Below, in pieces: positions 56,719 through 64,000 of a DNA stretch of 64,000 nt; the stretch's first letter is position 1; each line of letters starts with the position of its first letter. The notes under the pieces are model-generated. The model saw only the letters and a program-made list of their open reading frames with translations. It ran no database searches and was not told the DNA's origin. Made by a program: the position numbers and the translations under genes. The stretch comes from Clostridiales bacterium (lineage in GTDB: Bacteria; Bacillota; Clostridia; Oscillospirales; Oscillospiraceae), in NCBI GenBank assembly GCA_012520295.1, contig JAAYOP010000137.1, forward strand, positions 631 through 64,630, read 5' to 3'.

Positions 56719-58032
56719 TTGAACTCCGCTACCGATTTATGGACCTGTATTCTCCAGACACTGGAAAAAGATCTGACACCGACGGCAATCAAAACATGGT
56801 TTGACAACTGCCAGGTCGTTGATATAAAAGACAATGTTCTCGTTATATATACGCCTACCAGTTTTAGACGCGATATTATAGTTTCAAGATATGCAGATAA
56901 GATTAAAGGGGCTCTTTTCGATATTTTCAGTGGTGAGTTTGACCTTGTTGTCTTATGTGAAAATGAGCTTGAAGAATATAATAACACCAATGAAAATGCG
57001 CATGTTGCCAACCCTATGGACGGCTCCCAGTTTACCTTCGAGCGTTTTATAGTGGGTGCTTCCAACAGATATGCCCATGCCGCGGCAATGGCTGTTGCTG
57101 AAAGTCCTGCCACTTCATACAATCCACTATTCATATATGGGAACTCCGGCCTTGGTAAGACTCATCTCCTATATGCCATTGGCCATGCTATCAGAAAATC
57201 GTATCCCTCATATCGAATAGTATACGCAAAGGGCGATGACTTTACAAACGAGCTTATCTCTGCCATACAAACCGGTAAAAATATTGAATTCAGGGAAAAA
57301 TACAGACAAGCCGATCTTTTGCTTATGGACGACATTCAGTTCATAGCCGGTAAAGTACAGACGCAGGAGGAATTTTTTCATACCTTCAATACGCTTTACG
57401 AAGCCGGAAAACAGATTGTCCTGACCTCCGACAGACCGCCAATGGAAATGCTGAGACTTGAAGACAGGCTTAAATCCCGCTTTGAAGGAAGTCTTATTGC
57501 AGACATTCAACCTCCAGATTATGAGACGAGAGTTGCCATTGTGAAAAATAAGGCCGAGAGGATGGGAATCATCCTTCCTGATAAGATTTCACATTATATT
57601 GCAGAAAACATCACTGCAAATATCAGACAAATCGAAGGTACTGTCAAAAAAATAATGGCATACCGCGATCTACTTGATAACAGTGAAATCAACCTTGAGC
57701 TTGTTGAGAAGATTACAAAGGACATAATCAGGAACGAAAGAGAATTTACTCCTGAAACGATTATTGAAAAGACTGCAAACTATTATTCTGTCACTTCAGA
57801 TGAGATAGTCGGAAAAAGCAGAGCCAGAAACATTGCCCTTGCCAGACAGGTTTCAATGTATCTGATGCGTAAGCTGACCAGTCTGTCCCTGGCGGATATC
57901 GGAGTGCATCACGGTAACAAAGACCATTCTACCGTCATGCACGCGATACGCAAAATTGAGGGCTTAATATCTAAATCTCCGGAGTTTGCAGACACCATAC
58001 GGGACATATCTTCAAACATAACAAACAGATAG
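56719..58032 (+). CDS. dnaA: chromosomal replication initiator protein DnaA
   Basis: A 437-aa ORF starts at TTG. It has the AAA+ Walker A (GNSGLGKTHL), Walker B (LLMDDIQF) and the C-terminal DNA-binding signature (HGNKDHSTVMHA). Confidence 0.95.
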   Translation: MNSATDLWTCILQTLEKDLTPTAIKTWFDNCQVVDIKDNVLVIYTPTSFRRDIIVSRYADKIKGALFDIFSGEFDLVVLCENELEEYNNTNENAHVANPMDGSQFTFERFIVGASNRYAHAAAMAVAESPATSYNPLFIYGNSGLGKTHLLYAIGHAIRKSYPSYRIVYAKGDDFTNELISAIQTGKNIEFREKYRQADLLLMDDIQFIAGKVQTQEEFFHTFNTLYEAGKQIVLTSDRPPMEMLRLEDRLKSRFEGSLIADIQPPDYETRVAIVKNKAERMGIILPDKISHYIAENITANIRQIEGTVKKIMAYRDLLDNSEINLELVEKITKDIIRNEREFTPETIIEKTANYYSVTSDEIVGKSRARNIALARQVSMYLMRKLTSLSLADIGVHHGNKDHSTVMHAIRKIEGLISKSPEFADTIRDISSNITNR

Positions 58033-58329
58033 AATTGTCCACATATTTACCAACATATTATTATATCGTCTGTTAATATCTATTATACTCTGTAATATCC
58101 TCATTTTCTTTGTTTTTATCCACATTCTTTTAAACGTCACAAAATCACTGATTTATTATCAAAAATATAGTTTTCCACATTATTTTTTATCTACGACTAA
58201 AACTGCTAAATATATTATTATATTCTCTATATACTTGTTTTATACGTAAATTACTATTTTTCAAAATAAATCGGCGTACCGCTCACCGAAAAAGCGGCAC
58301 CCTGAGGTAAGCTTTTTAGCCGAAGGGTT
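58033..58329. other. candidate oriC segment (dnaA-dnaN spacer): three same-orientation DnaA boxes plus an AT-rich tract
   Basis: The boxes are TTGTCCACA (58035-58043), TTATCCACA (58116-58124, perfect consensus) and TTTTCCACA (58171-58179). A very AT-rich stretch follows at about 58180-58270. Confidence 0.6.
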
Positions 58330-58341
58330 ATGGAGAAGATT

Positions 58342-59463
58342 ATGATAAAATTTTCTTGCGAAAAAGCTATTTTGCTGTCCGGTATATCGACCGCATCAAT
58401 CACTGTAGCTACAAAAAGCACAATTCCGGTTTTAGAAGGCCTGTTACTTGAGGCTGACGAAAACCTGAAAATATCCGGGTATAATTTAAAAACAGGTATC
58501 AGAACCTCCGTAGAGGCAGACATTCATGAAAAGGGCAGCATAGTTTTAAATGCCAGATTGCTGATTGACATTGTTCGCAAAATGCCAGACGACATTATCA
58601 CAGTCTCAGCAGATTCAAACTACATGGTAAGGCTTGTCTGCGGTATGAGTTCCTTTGAAATAATAGGAACACCTGCAGACGATTATCCCGAGCTTCCAAT
58701 GGTTGATCTTCAAAAATCGCTTACCATACCGGAAGGCACCTTAAAATCAATAATATCAGAAACTATTTTTGCAGTCAGCGACAATGAAATAAAGCCAATC
58801 CATACAGGAAGCCTTTTTGAGGTCGAAGACGGTTATTTGACTGTAGTATCGCTGGACGGGTTCAGGCTTGCTCTAAGACGAGAGAAGCTGGAAGAATCTG
58901 AGCTCACGGACACCAGCTTTGTTGTACCCGGCTCTGCCCTCTCTGAAGTACAAAAGATTGTGACAGACAGTGATGATCCGGTTAAAATAACTCTAGGAAC
59001 AAGACACATTCTTTTTAATATCGGCAATACCGAACTCATATCAAGACGCCTCGAGGGAGAGTTTCTGGACTATAAAAAAGCTATACAAATTGAAAGCAAA
59101 TATTCAATTCAAGCGGAAAGAAAAAGCCTGATAGAATCCGTCGAGAGGGTTTCCCTTATTATCAATGAGAAAGTAAAAAGCCCCATAAGGTGCAGATTTG
59201 AAGAAAATCTGTTAAAAATCCAGACGATTTCGACGTTGGGCAAGGCAAGTGATGAATGCAAGGTCATAGGCGACGGCGAAAATCTTGAAATCGGATTTAA
59301 CAACAGATACGTTTTGGAAACATTAAAGGCTACTCCGGCAGACACCGTGATTTTAAAGCTCAACTCTGCAAATAACCCTTGCCTGATTTTACCCTCTGAT
59401 GGCAGCGATAAATTCTTATATATGATTCTTCCGGTAAGAATAAAATCGGAAACGGATTATTAG
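58342..59463 (+). CDS. dnaN: DNA polymerase III beta sliding clamp
   Basis: The ORF follows dnaA. It begins MIKFSCEKAILLSGI after a GGAGAAG RBS and has a beta-clamp three-domain length. Confidence 0.95.
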   Translation: MIKFSCEKAILLSGISTASITVATKSTIPVLEGLLLEADENLKISGYNLKTGIRTSVEADIHEKGSIVLNARLLIDIVRKMPDDIITVSADSNYMVRLVCGMSSFEIIGTPADDYPELPMVDLQKSLTIPEGTLKSIISETIFAVSDNEIKPIHTGSLFEVEDGYLTVVSLDGFRLALRREKLEESELTDTSFVVPGSALSEVQKIVTDSDDPVKITLGTRHILFNIGNTELISRRLEGEFLDYKKAIQIESKYSIQAERKSLIESVERVSLIINEKVKSPIRCRFEENLLKIQTISTLGKASDECKVIGDGENLEIGFNNRYVLETLKATPADTVILKLNSANNPCLILPSDGSDKFLYMILPVRIKSETDY

Positions 59464-59464
59464 T

Positions 59465-59680
59465 ATGGAGAAAATTGTAAAAATTACTACAGACTATATT
59501 AAGCTGGACTCATTATTAAAGTTCGCAGGCATCGCAGAAACCGGCGGCGATGCGAAAAGGCTCATACGTGACGGAAGGGTTTATGTAAACGAAGAGATAT
59601 GCACAATGCGCGGAAAGAAAATTGTACCCGGCGACACAGTCAGGTTTGGGGACATTATCTTTACCGTCGGTTATGAATGA
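59465..59680 (+). CDS. yaaA: S4-domain RNA-binding protein YaaA
   Basis: A 71-aa ORF lies between dnaN and recF, the conserved Firmicutes position. Confidence 0.8.
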   Translation: MEKIVKITTDYIKLDSLLKFAGIAETGGDAKRLIRDGRVYVNEEICTMRGKKIVPGDTVRFGDIIFTVGYE

Positions 59681-60786
59681 TGCTTATAAAAAATATTGAA
59701 CTAAAAGGGTTCAGGAACTATCAGGAAGCCAAGGCGCAGTTCGGAGAAGGAATTAACCTTATCGCAGGCAGCAATGCTCAGGGTAAGACAAACCTGCTGG
59801 AGGCCATATATTTTCTTACGGGAGCAAAATCCTTCAGGACACGCAGGGACAGCGAGCTTATAGGGTTTAAAGAGGAGCATGCTTCTGTAATATCCGATTT
59901 CTTTTCAAGGGGAAGAGAACAAAGACTGGAGATATATCTGAAAAGAAAAGGAAGAAAGCGGATCGTATTAAACGGCGTAAAAAAGAAGAGTGCCGCCGAT
60001 ATTGCCGGCTGCATCTGTGCAATCCTGTTTTGCCCCAGCGATCTTGAGATAGTAAGAGGTCCGGCATCTGAGAGAAGGAAATTTATCGACTCGGCTATAT
60101 GTCAGTTAAGACCAAAATATGTGTCGTGCCTAAGTGAGTTTAACCGTCTGTATGAGCATAAGGTCAGGATACTTCGTGACTTTAAGGAAAAGCCGGGTCT
60201 TTTAAAGGTCCTGGATGACTTCAATATGAGATTGGCCAAAACGGGAGCAGAGCTTATCTACTACAGGGCATCCTGGTGCGGCAAACTGTCGGTATATGCC
60301 TCAAAAATTCACCGGGAAATATCAGGCTGCGGTGAAGAACTGGAGATTATATACAAATCTTATGGTATTTCAGGGGAAAATCAATCCGTGAAACCTTCAG
60401 AAATATACTCGCTCCTGATGGAGCACCAGAAAGAGCACAGACAGGCCGAGATAGACTCCGGGATGTGTTTATCCGGTGCTCAAAAGGATGATCTGATTAT
60501 TAACATAAATAGCCGGCCGGCAAAAGGATATGCATCCCAGGGACAGATAAGGACCAGCGCTCTTTCCTTGAAGCTTGCCGAACGTGAAATAAGTTTCCGG
60601 GACATGGGGGAATACCCCATTTTGCTGCTTGACGATGTTTTAAGTGAGCTTGATCCTCAAAGACAGGAGTTCGTCCTCAATAAAATATCCGGAGGTCAGG
60701 TGTTCATAAGCTGTTGTGATGGTGAAGAAATAGAAAAGAAGACAGGCGGCAGGATATATAAAATCGTTGCAGGTCGCTTCATATAA
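59677..60786 (+). CDS. recF: DNA replication and repair protein RecF
   Basis: A 369-aa ORF has a Walker A (GSNAQGKTNLLEA), an SMC-type signature (LSGAQKDDL) and a Walker B (ILLLDDVLSELD). Confidence 0.95.
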   Translation: MMLIKNIELKGFRNYQEAKAQFGEGINLIAGSNAQGKTNLLEAIYFLTGAKSFRTRRDSELIGFKEEHASVISDFFSRGREQRLEIYLKRKGRKRIVLNGVKKKSAADIAGCICAILFCPSDLEIVRGPASERRKFIDSAICQLRPKYVSCLSEFNRLYEHKVRILRDFKEKPGLLKVLDDFNMRLAKTGAELIYYRASWCGKLSVYASKIHREISGCGEELEIIYKSYGISGENQSVKPSEIYSLLMEHQKEHRQAEIDSGMCLSGAQKDDLIININSRPAKGYASQGQIRTSALSLKLAEREISFRDMGEYPILLLDDVLSELDPQRQEFVLNKISGGQVFISCCDGEEIEKKTGGRIYKIVAGRFI

Positions 60787-60833
60787 AAACGGGCATTATA
60801 TCAGATTCGGCAGCATAGAAGAGGGTGAAAGAA

Positions 60834-61097
60834 ATGTACCTTTATCTTGGTCAGGATGTAGTTGTAAATAAAAAGAATATAGTCGGCATATTTGATATGG
60901 ACAACACCACAACATCATACATTACAAGGGATTTTTTAGCCAAGGCCGAAAAGAACGGTCAGGTTATAGATATTAGTGGTGACCTTCCAAAAGTGTTTGC
61001 AGTATGTGAAAACAAGGGAAAGAATTTGGTATACCTGTCCCAGCTGTCCACTGCAACACTTCTGAAAAGATGGGAAAACGGAAGAATTGAGCAATAG
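60834..61097 (+). CDS. remB: DUF370/RemB(YaaB)-like small protein
   Basis: The ORF encodes about 87 aa (MYLYLGQDVVVNKKNIVGIFDMDN). It lies between recF and gyrB, as in Bacillus. Confidence 0.7.
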   Translation: MYLYLGQDVVVNKKNIVGIFDMDNTTTSYITRDFLAKAEKNGQVIDISGDLPKVFAVCENKGKNLVYLSQLSTATLLKRWENGRIEQ

Positions 61098-61127
61098 ATA
61101 TTAATGATAGTATTTCTTTCAAAATGA

Positions 61128-63074
<1,947 letters not shown>

Positions 63075-63130
63075 GCTATGTAACTGCTTTCCGCCGGACG
63101 GAAAACAGAATTAAAGGGCGGTTGTTTTAA

Positions 63131-64000
63131 ATGAGTAAAAAAGATAATAATTACGATATTTCTTACCCCGACCAGACAATAATCGAAGTAGAGCTGGAAA
63201 AGGAAATGAAAAAGTCCTACATTGACTATGCAATGTCGGTTATTGTCGGTCGTGCACTACCGGACGTCAGGGACGGACTTAAGCCTGTTCACAGGCGTAT
63301 AATATACACCATGTATGAAGACGGGCTTGGAAGCGACAAGCCCTACAGAAAGTCTGCCACAACAGTCGGTGCCGTTCTGGGAAACTATCACCCACACGGC
63401 GATTCATCGGTATACGATGCCCTGGTACGTCTTGCTCAGGATTTTTCTTTAAGATACCCTCTGATAGACGGTAAGGGTAACTTTGGCTCGATAGACGGTC
63501 ATCCACCTGCTGCATACAGGTATACTGAGGCAAGACTGGCCAAGATAGCAAACGAAATGCTTCGGGATATAGGAAAGGAAACCGTCGAATTTATTCCGAA
63601 TTTTGATGAAAGAAAAAAAGAACCTCATGTTCTGCCGTCACGCTTTCCTAATTTGCTGGTAAACGGCTCCTCGGGAATTGCCGTGGGGATGGCAACAAAT
63701 ATTCCTCCCCACAATATGACAGAGGTAATAAACGCCACTATCTGTGTTATCCGGAATTCAGACGCAGAACTGGAAGACATAATGGAACACATGAAGGGGC
63801 CGGATTTCCCTACAGGCGGAATAATTATGGGAAGAGCCGGAATAAGAGCTGCCTACGCAACAGGAAAAGGCAGAATAAAGTTGCGCGCAAAAGCGGAAAT
63901 TGAAGAATATTCCCAGGGCCGCAACAGGATTATAGTCACCGAAATACCATATCAGGTCAACAAATCAAATCTGATAAAGAACATAGCCGATCAGGTAAGA
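63131..64000 (+). CDS. gyrA: DNA gyrase subunit A (N-terminal 290 codons; continues beyond the window)
   Basis: The frame is open from the ATG at 63131 to the window edge. It encodes ...[30 protein letters not shown]...[20 protein letters not shown]...[10 protein letters not shown]. It is missing from the ORF track because no stop lies in the window. Confidence 0.95.
   Translation, partial: MSKKDNNYDISYPDQTIIEVELEKEMKKSYIDYAMSVIVGRALPDVRDGLKPVHRRIIYTMYEDGLGSDKPYRKSATTVGAVLGNYHPHGDSSVYDALVRLAQDFSLRYPLIDGKGNFGSIDGHPPAAYRYTEARLAKIANEMLRDIGKETVEFIPNFDERKKEPHVLPSRFPNLLVNGSSGIAVGMATNIPPHNMTEVINATICVIRNSDAELEDIMEHMKGPDFPTGGIIMGRAGIRAAYATGKGRIKLRAKAEIEEYSQGRNRIIVTEIPYQVNKSNLIKNIADQVR

Noticed and set aside
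63075-63130. A small hairpin (TTTCCG-CCGGA-CGGAAA) between gyrB and gyrA.
   Set aside because: The stem is short and imperfect when extended, it has no U-tract, and gyrB-gyrA are normally co-transcribed. It is not enough for a feature call.

Overview
This 64-kb window comes from a low-GC Firmicutes (Clostridia-like) chromosome and ends in the replication-origin gene block. No rRNA, tRNA, CRISPR array, transposase or integrase was recognised. The long ORFs antisense to the listed genes are treated as shadow frames.

Layout:
- **1-20.2 kb, minus strand: flagellar regulon.** The late genes are fliW (partial), a yviE-like gene, flgL, flgK, flgN, flgM, a yvyF-like gene and two rod genes. Two unknown genes, a FapA/DUF342 gene, sigma-28 (fliA), a PilZ brake, flhG and flhF follow, then the export gate flhA, flhB, fliR, fliQ, fliP and fliO. 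These are preceded directly by fliE, flgC and flgB. The fliF-to-fliN, hook, motor-switch and che genes that normally separate fliE from fliO are absent here.
- **20.5-26.4 kb, minus strand: acyl-CoA module.** It contains a thiolase, a family-III CoA-transferase, an acyl-CoA dehydrogenase and EtfB/EtfA. EtfA carries an N-terminal 2x[4Fe-4S] ferredoxin domain, so the set looks like a bifurcating enoyl-CoA reductase.
- **26.8-47 kb: polyphenol catabolic island, the main item.** It is flanked by mobA and mobB. It holds two paralogous cytoplasmic Mo-bisMGD pyrogallol-phloroglucinol transhydroxylase-like alpha/beta pairs. It also holds the phloroglucinol route (SDR reductase, cyclase-family cyclohydrolase, 3-hydroxyacyl dehydrogenase, BKACE lyase), acetoacetate CoA-transferase AB, a thiolase and a Na+/solute symporter. 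It has a LysR and a MerR/GyrI-like regulator. A near-identical 36-bp MerR-type promoter module (19-bp spacer with a dyad) occurs twice.
- **47-56.5 kb.** It holds a fused MacB-type ABC transporter with a very large extracytoplasmic domain, a FAD/Rieske oxidoreductase, a long prs-like gene, ilvE, a paaK-like ligase and an ACT-domain protein.
- **56.7-64 kb.** The order is dnaA-dnaN-yaaA-recF-remB-gyrB-gyrA(partial), with three DnaA boxes in the dnaA-dnaN spacer.
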